Positions 36,292 to 48,197 of a DNA stretch of 64,000 nt are shown in pieces. The translations under genes were made by a program, and so were the position numbers. This stretch comes from an uncultured Prolixibacteraceae bacterium. Lineage in GTDB: Bacteria > Bacteroidota > Bacteroidia > Bacteroidales > FEN-979. Under the pieces are notes generated by a model. The model saw nothing but the letters and a program-made list of their open reading frames with translations, ran no database searches and had not been told where the DNA came from. Within the stretch, counting starts at the first letter, position 1. Each line of letters starts with the position of its first letter. Location: NCBI GenBank assembly GCA_964605775.1, contig CAZSDU010000006.1:10258-74257 (forward strand), read 5' to 3'.

Positions 36292-38820
36292 TTAATTTTC
36301 AGTTTCAACACTGCTTTCCTCTTGGGAGGTTACGGGATCGCCTTCTGTCACTTCATCATGTATATTCTCCGTATCTTCCACTACATCAACCTTTGTAACA
36401 GCCGCAATGGAATCACCTTCATCAATTTTTATCAGTCTTACTCCCTGGGTGGCACGTCCGACAATTCTTAATTCAGAGACAGCCATCCGGATAATTACAC
36501 CTGAACGATTAATAATCATAAGATCGTCATTATCAGTTACATCTTTAATGGCAATTAAAGCACCTGTTTTATCGGTGATGTTGATGGTCTTTACCCCTTT
36601 TCCTCCGCGGTTGGTTACCCTGTAATCATCAATACTCGAGCGTTTCCCGAATCCGTTTTCCGAAACAACAAGAATTTCACATTTTTTTTCTATGGGAATA
36701 CAAATCATGCCAATCACTTCATCCTTTGGGCCCGATAGGCGGATTCCCCTGACTCCGGCTGCATTTCGCCCCATCGGCCTGACAGTTGTTTCATTAAATC
36801 TGATGGCTCTCCCGGATTTCAGGGCAAGCACAATTTCATCAGATCCCTGCGTAAGCTTTGCTTCCAGAAGTTGGTCTCCTTCATGAATGGTGATGGCATT
36901 GATCCCGTTTTGTCTCGGTCGTGAATAGGCTTCCAGTGAAGTTTTCTTGATCGTCCCGTTTTTTGTTGCCAGTATGATAAAATTGTGCGTGATGTATTCA
37001 GTGTCTTTCAAATCTTTAATATTGACAAATGCCCTTACCTTATCATCACCTTCAATGTTTATCAGATTTTGTATGGCTCTTCCTTTAGACGTTTTTGCTC
37101 CTTCAGGGATCTCATATACCCGCAGCCAGAAGCATTTCCCTTTTTCCGTAAAAAACAACAAGTAATTATGGTTTGTCGCCACAAATAAATGCTCAAGAAA
37201 ATCCTCATCCCTTATTTCAGATCCTTTGACGCCTCTCCCTCCCCTGTTCTGACGACGGTATTCAGATAGCGGTGTCCGTTTGATATAACCAAGATGAGAA
37301 ATGGTAATGACCACATTTTCATTAGCAATTGTATCCTCAATCCTGAAATCCGAAGCAGAATATACAATTTGAGTTCTTGGTTCATCCCCGTATTTTTCTT
37401 TAATCTCGAGCAATTCCTTTTTAATGATTTCCATTCTTAATCCAACATCACCCAGCAAATCTTTATAATACGAGATTAACTTCAATAATTCAGTATATTC
37501 TTCCTTGATTTTATCTCTCTCTAGTCCTGTTAAACGTTGCAGGCGCATGTCAAGAATTGCTTTAGCCTGCATATCAGAAAGTTGAAAACTTTCCATTAAT
37601 CCCTGTTTTGCAATTTCCGGTGTCTGTGAGGCCCGTATCAAGGTAATTATTGCATCCAGATTATCCAATGCAACCAGCAGGCCTTCAAGAATATGTGCTC
37701 TTTTCTCTGCCTCAGCATGATCGAATTTAGTCCGACGGATTACGACCTCATGCCTGTGCTCGACATATTGAATAATGAGGTCTTTTAAGTTAAGGATTAC
37801 CGGACGACCTTTGACGAGCGCAATATTATTGATGCTGAAAGAAGTCTGCAATGCGGTCATCTGATAAAGCTTGTTGAGAACAACATTGGTTATGGCTTCT
37901 TTTTTAAGCTCGTAAACAATTCTGACGCCTGAACGATCTGATTCATCCCGGATATCAAAAATTCCTTCGATTTTTTTATCATTGACAAGATCCGCCGTTT
38001 TTTTAATCATTTCCGCCTTATTGATCTGATAAGGAATGGAGGTAACAATGATTTTTTCCCGCCCATTTTCTTCCTGCTCAATTTTTGTCTCACCACGCAA
38101 AACGATTCTTCCCCTGCCGGTTTCGTATGCCTCTTTCACGCCTTCATAACCATAAATAACTCCACCGGTCGGAAAATCAGGGGCTTTGATGAATCTCATC
38201 AGCTCAGGAATTGTAATGTCGCGATTGTCAATATAAGCAATGATCCCATCCACTACTTCACTAAGGTTATGGGGTGCCATATTTGTCGCCATCCCGACTG
38301 CTATTCCGGAAGCTCCGTTGATTAAAAGATTCGGGATTCCTGAAGGGAGTACCGTAGGCTCCTTTAAAGTGTCATCAAAATTTAATCGCATATCAACCGT
38401 ATCTTTTTCAAGATCAGCCAACATCTCTTCTGCAATTTTTTTAAACTTTGCCTCTGTATACCGCATGGCCGCGGGACTATCACCATCCATGGATCCAAAA
38501 TTGCCCTGTCCGTCAACCAATGGATACCTTAAACTCCATTCCTGGGCCATACGTACCATGGCATCATAAACGGAAGTATCACCGTGTGGATGATATTTTC
38601 CCAGCACTTCACCCACAATCCTGGCAGATTTTTTATAGCTTCTGTTCGAAAACAGACCCAATTCATACATGCCGAAAAGTACCCTGCGGTGCACTGGTTT
38701 TAATCCATCACGAGCATCCGGTAAAGCCCTTGCCACAATGACTGACATCGAATAATCAATGTAAGCCGTCTTCATCTGGTTCTCTATGTTTACCTGAATG
38801 ATCTTTTCTCCGTTTTCCAT
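36292..38820 (-). CDS. gyrA: DNA gyrase subunit A
   Basis: 842 aa. [32 protein letters not shown] (active-site Tyr), C-terminal beta-pinwheel repeats and an acidic tail. Confidence 0.95.
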   Translation of the reverse strand: MENGEKIIQVNIENQMKTAYIDYSMSVIVARALPDARDGLKPVHRRVLFGMYELGLFSNRSYKKSARIVGEVLGKYHPHGDTSVYDAMVRMAQEWSLRYPLVDGQGNFGSMDGDSPAAMRYTEAKFKKIAEEMLADLEKDTVDMRLNFDDTLKEPTVLPSGIPNLLINGASGIAVGMATNMAPHNLSEVVDGIIAYIDNRDITIPELMRFIKAPDFPTGGVIYGYEGVKEAYETGRGRIVLRGETKIEQEENGREKIIVTSIPYQINKAEMIKKTADLVNDKKIEGIFDIRDESDRSGVRIVYELKKEAITNVVLNKLYQMTALQTSFSINNIALVKGRPVILNLKDLIIQYVEHRHEVVIRRTKFDHAEAEKRAHILEGLLVALDNLDAIITLIRASQTPEIAKQGLMESFQLSDMQAKAILDMRLQRLTGLERDKIKEEYTELLKLISYYKDLLGDVGLRMEIIKKELLEIKEKYGDEPRTQIVYSASDFRIEDTIANENVVITISHLGYIKRTPLSEYRRQNRGGRGVKGSEIRDEDFLEHLFVATNHNYLLFFTEKGKCFWLRVYEIPEGAKTSKGRAIQNLINIEGDDKVRAFVNIKDLKDTEYITHNFIILATKNGTIKKTSLEAYSRPRQNGINAITIHEGDQLLEAKLTQGSDEIVLALKSGRAIRFNETTVRPMGRNAAGVRGIRLSGPKDEVIGMICIPIEKKCEILVVSENGFGKRSSIDDYRVTNRGGKGVKTINITDKTGALIAIKDVTDNDDLMIINRSGVIIRMAVSELRIVGRATQGVRLIKIDEGDSIAAVTKVDVVEDTENIHDEVTEGDPVTSQEESSVETEN

Positions 38821-39095
38821 TTTTATATTCTAGGTTATATGATTGAAATACAGATAGATAATTTTGATTTTTCTATTCAACGAAGATAAGAATTATCCGT
38901 GTGATAACCATGAGATTCTGATGAATTATTTTAACCCATTACTAACATGGAAATGTTAATAAATTAAGGGTTTTTGAAAAAAAATACAGGGTTTGAATCC
39001 TACCTTTGAAAAGGTATGACAGAATGCCTTTTTTTGTATATGGTTCAATTTTTGTTAGTTTTATACGTTTATTTGAAGTTCACAATTTTATAATT

Positions 39096-41633
39096 ATGGA
39101 AGCAAGGTTTTCTCAGCGTGTAAAAGACGTTTTAATATACAGCCGCGAAGAAGCTCAGCGATTGGGTAACGATTACATCGGACTTGAGCATTTTTTGCTT
39201 GGCATTATCCGGGAAGGGGATGGTTTAGCCATCAGGATATTAAGAAATCTCGGTACGGATCTGAAAGAAATCAGAAAAAAAGTGGAATTGGCTGTAGCCA
39301 GTCATAAAGAGGAGACAAAAAATCCCGAGAACCTTCCGCTGATCAAGCAAGCTGAAAGGGCCTTAAAAATCACTTACCTTGAAGCAAAGCTGTTCAATAG
39401 TGAATTAATTGGAACGGAGCATTTGTTATTGGCAATTTTAAAAGATGAAAACAACCTGGTGACTAAAACATTTTCAAATTTTGGGATCAGTTATGAGTCT
39501 GTCAAAGAGGAACTAACCCTGATCTTAACCAATGGTCAAAGCAATAAACAGTCTGACCCTCAAGATATTTTACCGAAAGATGATGACGAAGAAGATCCTG
39601 AAGAAGGTTCGAAGGCTTTTAGTTCCGGTCAGAAGAAGCCCCAGGATTCCAAATCAAAAACACCTGTTCTTGATAATTTTGGAAGAGACATTACAAAATC
39701 AGCAGAGGAAGGCCGCCTTGATCCTATTGTCGGAAGGGAGAAAGAACTTCAGCGGATTGCCCAGGTGTTAAGCCGTCGTAAAAAAAACAACCCCATATTG
39801 ATCGGGGAACCTGGTGTCGGGAAATCGGCAATAGCCGAAGGACTAGCTTTGCGCATTGTGCAAAGAAAAGTATCCAGAGCCTTGTTCAACAAACGCATTG
39901 TTTCACTTGATCTGGCTTCTCTGGTTGCCGGAACCAAATATCGTGGACAGTTCGAAGAACGCATGAAAGCGGTGCTGAATGAACTTGAAAAAAATTCAAA
40001 TATCATTCTTTTCATCGATGAGATCCATACTATTGTCGGTGCAGGAAACGCCTCAGGTTCCCTGGATGCCTCCAATATGTTCAAACCTGCCTTGGCCAGG
40101 GGTGAAATTCAGTGTATTGGTGCCACTACACTGGATGATTACCGTCAGTACATTGAAAAAGACGGAGCCCTCGAAAGACGTTTTCAGAAAGTGCTTGTCG
40201 ATCCCACCACAGCGGAAGAAACCGTTGAAATCCTCAATAATATTAAAGAAAAGTATGAGGATCATCATCTGGTTCAATATACCGATGATGCAATAAAATC
40301 CTGCGTTTCACTGACCAACAGGTACATCAGTGACCGTTATTTACCAGATAAGGCCATTGATGCATTAGACGAGGCAGGAGCCCGCGTTCATATCTCAAAT
40401 ATCCATGTCCCTGATGAAATAGTGACCATTGAAAACCAGATCGAAGAAACCCGGAAGCTTAAAATGAATGCCATTAACAGCCAGAAGTTTGAAGAAGCTG
40501 CTGATTTGAGGGATCGTGAAAGAAAATTACAGGAAAGTCTTGAACGTGAAAAAAGAAAATGGGAAGAAAACGCGAAAATAAACCGTCAGATAGTTACCGA
40601 AGAAAATGTCGCTGAAGTTGTTGCCATGATGACCGGTATTCCTGTTCAGAGAATCGCGAAAAATGAAAGCGATCGCTTACTGAATATGGAAGATGAACTT
40701 GCCGGTTCAGTCATAGGTCAGAATGAAGCCATTCAGAAAGTTGTACGATCTATCAGGAGAAACAGGGCAGGACTTAAAGATCCTAATAAACCCATCGGAA
40801 GTTTTATTTTCCTGGGTCCCACAGGGGTTGGAAAAACCCATTTGGCAAAAATTCTCGCCAGGTATTTATTTGATACCGAAGATGCCCTGGTCAGAATAGA
40901 CATGAGTGAATATATGGAGAAATTTGCCGTTTCCAGGTTGATCGGAGCACCTCCGGGATATGTCGGATATGAGGAAGGTGGGCAATTGACTGAAAAAATC
41001 CGACGTCGCCCCTACTCTATCGTCCTTCTTGATGAAATTGAAAAAGCACATCCTGATGTGTTTCATCTGTTATTACAGGTACTCGATGACGGCCAACTGA
41101 CAGACAGCTTTGGACGAAAGGTCGATTTTAAAAATACCATTGTGATCATGACTTCCAATATCGGATCCAGACAATTGAAGGATTTTGGACAGGGAGTCGG
41201 TTTTGTCACTTCAGCAAGAGAAGCTGCCAGTGCTGAGCATACAAGAGGAGTAATCGAGAATGCCCTTAAAAAAGCATTTGCCCCTGAATTTCTGAACCGG
41301 ATTGATGATGTGGTGATCTTCAATGCCCTTGAGCGTGAAGATATTCATAAGATCATTGACATAGAATTAAAACAGCTCTATGAACGGATTAAAAATATGG
41401 GATATCAGATTACCATCAGCGCTGAAGCCAAAGAATTTATTGCCGAAAAGGGATGGGATGCCCAATTCGGAGCCAGACCCCTGAAGCGAGCCATTCAGAA
41501 ATATATTGAAGATAAACTGGCAGAAGAAATCATTAAAACAAAAATTGCTCCGAATGACCTAATTGTCATTGATTTTAATAAAGAAATTGAGGAAATCAGT
41601 GTTTTGGTGAGAACTAATGAGGAGAAAGCTTAA
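39096..41633 (+). CDS. clpC: ATP-dependent Clp protease ATP-binding subunit ClpC
   Basis: Double Clp_N repeats, two AAA+ modules (GEPGVGKSAIAEG and GPTGVGKTHLAK) and the UVR motif FEEAADLRDRE. The track start at 39006 adds a hydrophobic extension, and the ATG at 39096 gives MEARFSQRVKDVL. Confidence 0.9.
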   Translation: MEARFSQRVKDVLIYSREEAQRLGNDYIGLEHFLLGIIREGDGLAIRILRNLGTDLKEIRKKVELAVASHKEETKNPENLPLIKQAERALKITYLEAKLFNSELIGTEHLLLAILKDENNLVTKTFSNFGISYESVKEELTLILTNGQSNKQSDPQDILPKDDDEEDPEEGSKAFSSGQKKPQDSKSKTPVLDNFGRDITKSAEEGRLDPIVGREKELQRIAQVLSRRKKNNPILIGEPGVGKSAIAEGLALRIVQRKVSRALFNKRIVSLDLASLVAGTKYRGQFEERMKAVLNELEKNSNIILFIDEIHTIVGAGNASGSLDASNMFKPALARGEIQCIGATTLDDYRQYIEKDGALERRFQKVLVDPTTAEETVEILNNIKEKYEDHHLVQYTDDAIKSCVSLTNRYISDRYLPDKAIDALDEAGARVHISNIHVPDEIVTIENQIEETRKLKMNAINSQKFEEAADLRDRERKLQESLEREKRKWEENAKINRQIVTEENVAEVVAMMTGIPVQRIAKNESDRLLNMEDELAGSVIGQNEAIQKVVRSIRRNRAGLKDPNKPIGSFIFLGPTGVGKTHLAKILARYLFDTEDALVRIDMSEYMEKFAVSRLIGAPPGYVGYEEGGQLTEKIRRRPYSIVLLDEIEKAHPDVFHLLLQVLDDGQLTDSFGRKVDFKNTIVIMTSNIGSRQLKDFGQGVGFVTSAREAASAEHTRGVIENALKKAFAPEFLNRIDDVVIFNALEREDIHKIIDIELKQLYERIKNMGYQITISAEAKEFIAEKGWDAQFGARPLKRAIQKYIEDKLAEEIIKTKIAPNDLIVIDFNKEIEEISVLVRTNEEKA

Positions 41634-42451
41634 AACCGGTTAAACAAATCCTCATCTTTCATGACCTTCTGAACATTTATGCCATTCATCTCGCCAGAAG
41701 GAAAAATATATCTAAACAAATCATTGATCTCACTGTCACCTACGAAGAGGTATTTCAGATTAATTGAAAATCCATTATTTTCGTAAAATAGCTCATTGCC
41801 CATAGGATCAATGATATAAAATAAATCAGTATTCAATGCCTGATGGTCAAGATATTTCGAAGAAAGTGTACCGACAATCTGTGCCGGTTTTATGCTCTGC
41901 ATTTCCGTAAAAAGGTATTCGCCCATCACAAAACGCTCATCCATAAAGTAGTATAATGACTTCATCTTGATTCCGCCCAATAACTCATTGAAACCTATAA
42001 CTTTGACCCTTGATTCACCCATCCTGGCCGTATTGATGCATTCGGGATTCCCTTTTTGCCTGACAAGGTTTTTATAGGATGATAAATATTTCACTTCTCC
42101 AAACTCAAGTTTTGTTTTGGTAATAAAATGCTCCGCATTCTTCATTTTCTTAAAGAAGGGCACAAAATGCATGGTTATTTCATCACGGATACAGTTATTA
42201 TGAGGATTTCTCAGGTTATGTTCCTTGAAAAATTCAATAAACTCAAAGCTGAACTTTCCATAGACCAGGATGATATACCATAGGCGAAAAATCGGGAAGA
42301 CCCTTCTTCTTAGAAAAACGACAGTGATAATAAATATCAATACCACAACAAGCGCTATGATAATATTCCTTAGGGTCGGATCCATGGATGAACTATCTTT
42401 TGCAGTTCTGACCAGAAAAATCAAGCCCAGATAAGAATTCAGATTAAGCAT
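41630..42451 (-). CDS. hypothetical membrane-anchored protein, last gene of the etf/acyl-CoA dehydrogenase operon
   Basis: One or two N-terminal TM segments (IIIALVVVLIFIITVVFL) and a soluble domain of about 200 aa that I do not recognise. The track start at 42499 lies inside the upstream CDS, so I use the ATG at 42451. The 3' end overlaps the clpC stop by 4 nt. Confidence 0.5.
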   Translation of the reverse strand: MLNLNSYLGLIFLVRTAKDSSSMDPTLRNIIIALVVVLIFIITVVFLRRRVFPIFRLWYIILVYGKFSFEFIEFFKEHNLRNPHNNCIRDEITMHFVPFFKKMKNAEHFITKTKLEFGEVKYLSSYKNLVRQKGNPECINTARMGESRVKVIGFNELLGGIKMKSLYYFMDERFVMGEYLFTEMQSIKPAQIVGTLSSKYLDHQALNTDLFYIIDPMGNELFYENNGFSINLKYLFVGDSEINDLFRYIFPSGEMNGINVQKVMKDEDLFNRF

Positions 42452-42473
42452 TGAAAATTTTCTTAATGAAGCA

Positions 42474-44258
42474 TTAAAACTTATATGTATTGTCATCAAT
42501 CAGTTTATCCGCAATCTTTCTTCTTGATTCTTTAACATTGATTGCCTGAACTTTTGATAACATATCAATGGCATCATTGACCACAATCATCTCGTTTCCC
42601 GTCGAAATGGAATGGATGGCATCATGGGCGGCTTTCTCTATCTTTCCAGCAGTATCATAGATCAGAACATCCAACATTTCCTTGTATAAAGCAGATGCAT
42701 CCATTCCTTTGATATGCTCGATCTTTTCCACCCTTAGTAAAAGTGATTCAGCCACATAAATTCCAATAATGACATCAGAAATATTGTTGAGGACTTCCTG
42801 CTCCTGGATAAGTTTCTTGTCGAAATGATGGGATGCGGCATGAATGGCCAAGAGAGCAATTCTTTTAAAATTTTTAACGTATGCTTTCTTTTCTTCGAAA
42901 TATGATTTTGCATTATTGGTCTCAGGTTTGATTTCGCTGATTCCATGAAAGATTTTTTCTGCCTCTCCAAATAAGTTAAAATCACCTTTCATGGCTCTTT
43001 TCATCGCGGTATCAACGACAAGCAGACGATTGATCTCGTTGGTGCCCTCAAAAATCCGATTGATTCTGGAATCCCTGTATCCACGTTCAACCGGCATCTC
43101 CGCTGAATAGCCCATTCCTCCATGAATCTGAACAGCTTCATCGATGACGTAATCCAGCACCTCAGAACCATAAACTTTCAGGATGGCAGCTTCAACAGCA
43201 TAATGACTGATCCCTTCAATACTTGCATGACCTTTTTCCATACCTTCAGCTTTATTCTTTTCGATCTGGTCATCGATATCTTTACTTAACCTGTATATGG
43301 CTGATTCGAGCGCAAAGGTACGGATTACCTGTTCAGCCAGTTTATACTTGATAGCACCAAAAGTTGAAATAAAAACTCCAAACTGTTTACGTTCATTGGC
43401 ATATTTAACAGAATCGCTGATTGCTTTTTTGGCTGCGCCCAAAACATTGGCTCCCAGTTTAATTCTTCCCATATGGAGGATGCTTAATGCAATCCTGAAA
43501 CCTTCACCTCGATTTCCAATTAAATTTTCAACCGGAACTTTGACATCATTGTAAAAAATCTGAGCAGTAGATGATCCTTTTATTCCCATTTTGTGCTCAT
43601 CCGGGTTGACAATCACACCTGGCAGGCTGCGTTCTACAATAAAAGCGCTAAGTACCCTGTCTCGTTCAATTTTAGCAAATACGGTTTGAATATCGGCAAA
43701 GCCTGCATTGGTAATCCACATTTTCTGTCCATTTAAGAGGTAATATTTTCCATCTTCTGATAGAACAGCGGTGGTTTTCCCCGAATTGGCATCGCTTCCT
43801 GCACCAGGTTCCGTTAGGCAATAAGCACCCAATAGATCCCCGGTGGCCAGGCGGGTGACATATTTCTGTCTTTGTTCCTCATTCCCGTAATACATGATCG
43901 GAAGTGTGCCGATTCCAGTATGGGCCATGAAAGCAACAGAGAAAGAATACCCTGCCCCAATGGTCTCAGCAGCAAGCATTTGGGTTACAAACGACTGGCC
44001 AAAACCCCCATATTCCTCGGGTAATGAGATACCCATCAGACCCAGATCACCAGCTTTTTTTAAAATACTTTGCATGAGGTTGATATCAGGAGCATCTATT
44101 TTATCGATGACAGGATACACTTCTGTTTCCAGAAAATCCCGACAGGTTTGGGCAATCATTCTTTGCTCTTCGTTGAATTCTTCCGGAATAAAAACATCAT
44201 TGGATGAAATCTCATCAACGAGAAATTCTCCGCTTTTCAGAACCTTTCTGTTTTCCAT
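42474..44258 (-). CDS. acyl-CoA dehydrogenase (long, FadE-like with a C-terminal extension)
   Basis: 594 aa. CLTEPGAGSD, WITNAGFAD and QIHGGMGYS are ACAD motifs. Confidence 0.9.
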   Translation of the reverse strand: MENRKVLKSGEFLVDEISSNDVFIPEEFNEEQRMIAQTCRDFLETEVYPVIDKIDAPDINLMQSILKKAGDLGLMGISLPEEYGGFGQSFVTQMLAAETIGAGYSFSVAFMAHTGIGTLPIMYYGNEEQRQKYVTRLATGDLLGAYCLTEPGAGSDANSGKTTAVLSEDGKYYLLNGQKMWITNAGFADIQTVFAKIERDRVLSAFIVERSLPGVIVNPDEHKMGIKGSSTAQIFYNDVKVPVENLIGNRGEGFRIALSILHMGRIKLGANVLGAAKKAISDSVKYANERKQFGVFISTFGAIKYKLAEQVIRTFALESAIYRLSKDIDDQIEKNKAEGMEKGHASIEGISHYAVEAAILKVYGSEVLDYVIDEAVQIHGGMGYSAEMPVERGYRDSRINRIFEGTNEINRLLVVDTAMKRAMKGDFNLFGEAEKIFHGISEIKPETNNAKSYFEEKKAYVKNFKRIALLAIHAASHHFDKKLIQEQEVLNNISDVIIGIYVAESLLLRVEKIEHIKGMDASALYKEMLDVLIYDTAGKIEKAAHDAIHSISTGNEMIVVNDAIDMLSKVQAINVKESRRKIADKLIDDNTYKF

Positions 44259-44287
44259 ATTTGCTAAAAAATTAAAATTGTCTGTTT

Positions 44288-46375
44288 CTATAATCCAAGG
44301 TTAACGGCTATGATCTCTGCAATATCATAGTTTTTGACCTTTTCTTCCCTGTTTTTATATTTAATGCCATCTGTTATCATTGTCATGCAGAAAGGACAAG
44401 CAGTTGCAATAATGGAAGGGTTTGTTCCCAAAGCTTCTTCTGTCCGTTCAATGAAGATTTCCTTTTGGCCTTGTTCTGCTTCTTTGAACATCTGTCCTCC
44501 ACCAGCTCCGCAGCAGAGTGCAAAACTTTTATTTCTCTCCATTTCAATAAAAGTTCCTGAAAGGGTTTTCAGGATTGATCTCGGTGCCTGATAAATATCA
44601 TTTGCCCTTCCTAGATAACAAGGATCATGATAAGTGATTGTGTCTTCGGCAAAAGCATTCTGATCCAGTTTTAGATGACCGGAATCGATGAATTTTACAA
44701 GAAATTGCAGATAGTTTTCCACTTCTATTTCCGCTCCGAGGTCAGGATATTCATTTTTAAAAACATTATAGCAATGCGGGCAAACAGTGATAATTTTTTT
44801 AATATCATACGATTCAAAAAGTCTAATGTTCTGCAAGGCCTGCATTTGGAAAAGCATCTCGTTTCCTGCGCGGCGTGCCGGATCACCTGTACAGGATTCT
44901 TCCCGTCCCAGTACTGCATAACTGACATTAAGAAAAGACAGGATTTTTGCAAAAGCAGCGACGACTTTTTTAAACCGGTCATCGAAAGCTCCGGCACAGC
45001 CAACCCAGAACAAATACTCAGGTCTTTCTCCACGGCCAAAGACATCCGACATAACAGGCACTGGCACTTTCAGATCTTTGGCCCAGAGTAACCTGTCCTC
45101 GGCGGAATATTGCCAGGGAGCTCCGTTATTTTCGATATTGCTGAAAATTGACTTCAAACCACCGGGAGCTGACCCTTTTTCCATGACAAGATATCTCCGC
45201 ATATCGAGGATCAGACCAGGATGGTTAATGTTAATCGGACATTCTTTGGCACATGCATTACATGTTGTACATGCCCATAATTCTTCTTCCGTGATATAAT
45301 CGAGGACAAGTGCTTTTTGGTCATCGTAATTTTTTCCATTTTTTCTTAATCCCGGCCCCTTTTCTTTCATCCTGGCCCTCACATCCATCATGATTTTGCG
45401 GGGGGAAAGTTTTTTCCCTGTCAGATTGGCCGGGCAAACCGAGGTACATCTGCCGCATTCGGTGCAGGAAAGGGCATCAAAATAATTTTTCCAGGTTATG
45501 TCTTCTGCATCTTTTACCCCAAAGCGCTCGACTTCTGCAGAAATATCTGCCGGATCTGCCATTTCAGGATATATCATCAGTTTCACTTCCCTGGTTACTT
45601 GGTCCATATTTGAGAGTTTCCCCAGTGGATCGAGTCTGGACAGAAAAACATTAGGAACAGACATGAATACATGAAAGTGCTTGGAATAAGGCAGCATATT
45701 GGCAAAAATAAAAATCAATAGAATGTGCATCCACCAGAAGAACTCATAAAGGGAAGATACTTGCAAGCGGGAATGTCCCTGGAAAAATATTGCAAAAAAC
45801 TGGCTGACAGGATAATACCCTGCAAAATGTCCATCGTTTGCTTCACTAAGCTTTATATATGCGATATTCATGCCCAGGAGGGAGATCATCAGCAGCAGGA
45901 TCATCGTGAGTGCAATATTGGCATCAAGATGGGATATCTTTTTCATCTCAATCCCTTCAAATCTTTTGATATGTAAAAACAGCCTCCGGAAAAGAAAGAT
46001 TAGAATTGCAATGGACACAAGAAGTCCGAAAATATCACCTAAGGCGACAATGATGTTATATATATTCCCTAGACCGCTTAATGATTTCTCTTTGCCCAAG
46101 AGCCCATCTATAACCATTTCAATACTTCCGAAGAGAATCACACAAAATCCCCAGAAAACGAGTGCATGAAAAAAACCGATTACCGGTTTTCGAAAAAGTT
46201 TTGTCTGTCCGAAGGCAACCCTAAGCATTAAAAAAAATCGCTTTCCTATATTTTGCACCGGAAAAGCAGGTCGTGTCAAACGAAAGAAGCCAATAATTCT
46301 ATTTACAGTGAACCCAAATACACCCAAGGTAATGAGGAGGGTAATTGCGAAAACAATTTGTTTGACCATAAGCAT
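44288..46375 (-). CDS. membrane-bound Fe-S oxidoreductase (polytopic N-domain, 2x[4Fe-4S] ferredoxin motifs, two CCG domains; HdrD/GlpC/EtfD-like)
   Basis: 695 aa with about 6 N-terminal TM helices. [12 protein letters not shown] and [12 protein letters not shown] are cluster motifs, and the C-terminal CCGAGGG is a cysteine-rich CCG motif. The gene lies between etfA and the ACAD. Confidence 0.8.
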   Translation of the reverse strand: MLMVKQIVFAITLLITLGVFGFTVNRIIGFFRLTRPAFPVQNIGKRFFLMLRVAFGQTKLFRKPVIGFFHALVFWGFCVILFGSIEMVIDGLLGKEKSLSGLGNIYNIIVALGDIFGLLVSIAILIFLFRRLFLHIKRFEGIEMKKISHLDANIALTMILLLMISLLGMNIAYIKLSEANDGHFAGYYPVSQFFAIFFQGHSRLQVSSLYEFFWWMHILLIFIFANMLPYSKHFHVFMSVPNVFLSRLDPLGKLSNMDQVTREVKLMIYPEMADPADISAEVERFGVKDAEDITWKNYFDALSCTECGRCTSVCPANLTGKKLSPRKIMMDVRARMKEKGPGLRKNGKNYDDQKALVLDYITEEELWACTTCNACAKECPININHPGLILDMRRYLVMEKGSAPGGLKSIFSNIENNGAPWQYSAEDRLLWAKDLKVPVPVMSDVFGRGERPEYLFWVGCAGAFDDRFKKVVAAFAKILSFLNVSYAVLGREESCTGDPARRAGNEMLFQMQALQNIRLFESYDIKKIITVCPHCYNVFKNEYPDLGAEIEVENYLQFLVKFIDSGHLKLDQNAFAEDTITYHDPCYLGRANDIYQAPRSILKTLSGTFIEMERNKSFALCCGAGGGQMFKEAEQGQKEIFIERTEEALGTNPSIIATACPFCMTMITDGIKYKNREEKVKNYDIAEIIAVNLGL

Positions 46376-46378
46376 GGG

Positions 46379-47350
46379 CTATTTCATTTTCATTTCTTTC
46401 ACCGCTTCCACCAATGAGGGTAATATTTTGGAAGCATCGCCGACAATACCATATTGTGCAGCCTGGAAGATCGGGGCATCTTTATCCGTATTGATTGCCA
46501 CAATTATTTTTGAGGCACTTACCCCGGCCAGGTGCTGGGTAGCGCCTGAAATTCCAATGGCGAAATAAAGATTGGGTGCAATAATCTTTCCCGTCTGGCC
46601 AGTATGTTCTCCGTGAGGTCTCCAGCCTTCATCCGATACGGGACGTGAACAGGCAGTGGCAGCACCAAGTAAACCCGATAGTTCCTCAAGCGGACCCCAG
46701 TTGTCAGGTGATTTCATTCCCCTACCTCCGGAGACTACAATTTCAGCATCCGTTAAAAGAATTTTTCCTGTTTGCTTTTGTGTCTCCTTAACTTTTGTTT
46801 TAATGAGATTGCCTGAAACTGGAATGTTCATTCTTTCATAAGTCACATCTGCCGGTTTTTCAATTAATTCAAATGAATTCTGTGCCAATGTAATAATCTT
46901 GTTTTCGGATTGAATCCGAACGTGAGCATAAGCGTTTCCCGAGAAGACCTTCTTATTTACGACAAACGGGTCGGTACTTAGCGGCAGTTTACTTACCCCT
47001 GAAGCAATTCCAGCCTTCAATTGAACCGACAGTCGGGGGGCAAGGGCTTTCCCGGTGATATTATTGGAAAGGACCACTACCGAAGCAGATTCTTTTCTGG
47101 CCACCTCGGAGATGGCTGAAGTATATGCCTGAGTATCAAAAGTATTGTAAATTTCATTATCTAGAGTGAGGACCTTTTTAGCTCCGTAATTCCCTAATTT
47201 CTCAAGTTCTGTTTGTTCCACTTTTCCGATCGATAACGCGACAGGCTCAGTAGAGAGCATCTCAGCAACTTTGGAAGCGTATGAAATCAATTCGAATGAA
47301 AGTTTTTTAAACTTCCCATCCCAATTTTCGACAAAGATTAAAACTGCCAT
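46379..47350 (-). CDS. etfA: electron transfer flavoprotein subunit alpha
   Basis: 323 aa. The C-terminal FAD-binding region is VSGGRGM...PELYIAIGISGA-like (here [19 protein letters not shown]). Confidence 0.9.
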   Translation of the reverse strand: MAVLIFVENWDGKFKKLSFELISYASKVAEMLSTEPVALSIGKVEQTELEKLGNYGAKKVLTLDNEIYNTFDTQAYTSAISEVARKESASVVVLSNNITGKALAPRLSVQLKAGIASGVSKLPLSTDPFVVNKKVFSGNAYAHVRIQSENKIITLAQNSFELIEKPADVTYERMNIPVSGNLIKTKVKETQKQTGKILLTDAEIVVSGGRGMKSPDNWGPLEELSGLLGAATACSRPVSDEGWRPHGEHTGQTGKIIAPNLYFAIGISGATQHLAGVSASKIIVAINTDKDAPIFQAAQYGIVGDASKILPSLVEAVKEMKMK

Positions 47351-47373
47351 ATTTCGTATTGGTTAATTTTTGA

Positions 47374-48123
47374 TTAAATAATTTTAGCCTCTGTTTGTAG
47401 TAATTCTATCAATTGCCGGGGATTTTCAGGATCAATGAACTTGCAAGACGCCCTGGGTTTTGGCATTTCGAAATCAATGATTTCCGTCAATGGTTCCAGT
47501 GGGATAGGTTCAAACACTTTGATGGGTTTTGTTCTGGCCATCATGATTCCTCTCATGGCAGCAATTCTGGGTTCTTTGGCAATGCCTTTCTGGACCACTG
47601 CAACCATGGGTGATGAAATGTTGATAATTTCTTTTCCCCCATCAATTTCGCGGGTGATCATAAGTTCCCCATTTTCAATTTCAATATTGGTAACTGAGGA
47701 TACTGAAGCATATCCAAGCAGTTCAGCCAGGATCCCTCCTACGTTAGACCCATTGTAATCACTTGATTCTATTCCACACAAAATAAGATTAAAAGGATTT
47801 GTTTTGATTACTTCTGCCAGTTGTGCAGCAACGAAAGAAGCATCTAGTGGTTCAGCATTGATACGTATCGCATCGTCTGCTCCTATGGCCAATGCTTTTC
47901 TTATAGTCGGTTCAGATGCGATGAGACCTACATGTGCGACTGTCACAGATTGAATTCCCAGGGCAGAATTATCTTTTAATTCCAATGCCCTTGTCAACGA
48001 CAACTCATCCCATGGATTAATCACCCATTGGATTCCATTAACATCAAGGGTTTTATTCTCATGAATGAATTTTACCCGTGTTGTGGTATCGGGAACATGA
48101 CTAATACAAACCAAAATTCTCAT
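47374..48123 (-). CDS. etfB: electron transfer flavoprotein subunit beta
   Basis: 249 aa. MRILVCISHVPDTT...INPWDELSLTRALELK is a typical EtfB N-terminus. Confidence 0.9.
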   Translation of the reverse strand: MRILVCISHVPDTTTRVKFIHENKTLDVNGIQWVINPWDELSLTRALELKDNSALGIQSVTVAHVGLIASEPTIRKALAIGADDAIRINAEPLDASFVAAQLAEVIKTNPFNLILCGIESSDYNGSNVGGILAELLGYASVSSVTNIEIENGELMITREIDGGKEIINISSPMVAVVQKGIAKEPRIAAMRGIMMARTKPIKVFEPIPLEPLTEIIDFEMPKPRASCKFIDPENPRQLIELLQTEAKII

Positions 48124-48197
48124 GGAAATAGATTTTATTTTCAGTTAAAATTATCGGGTTGCAAAGATACAAGAATTTATAACTGATTGTTCAGCAA

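Noticed and set aside
39009-39035. Hairpin AAAAGG-N12-CCTTTT plus a T-run in the clpC 5' region as a transcription attenuator
   Set aside because: The stem has only 6 bp with two G-C pairs and a large loop, and it overlaps a possible -7 promoter element (TACCTTTG at 39001-39008). This is too weak to call.
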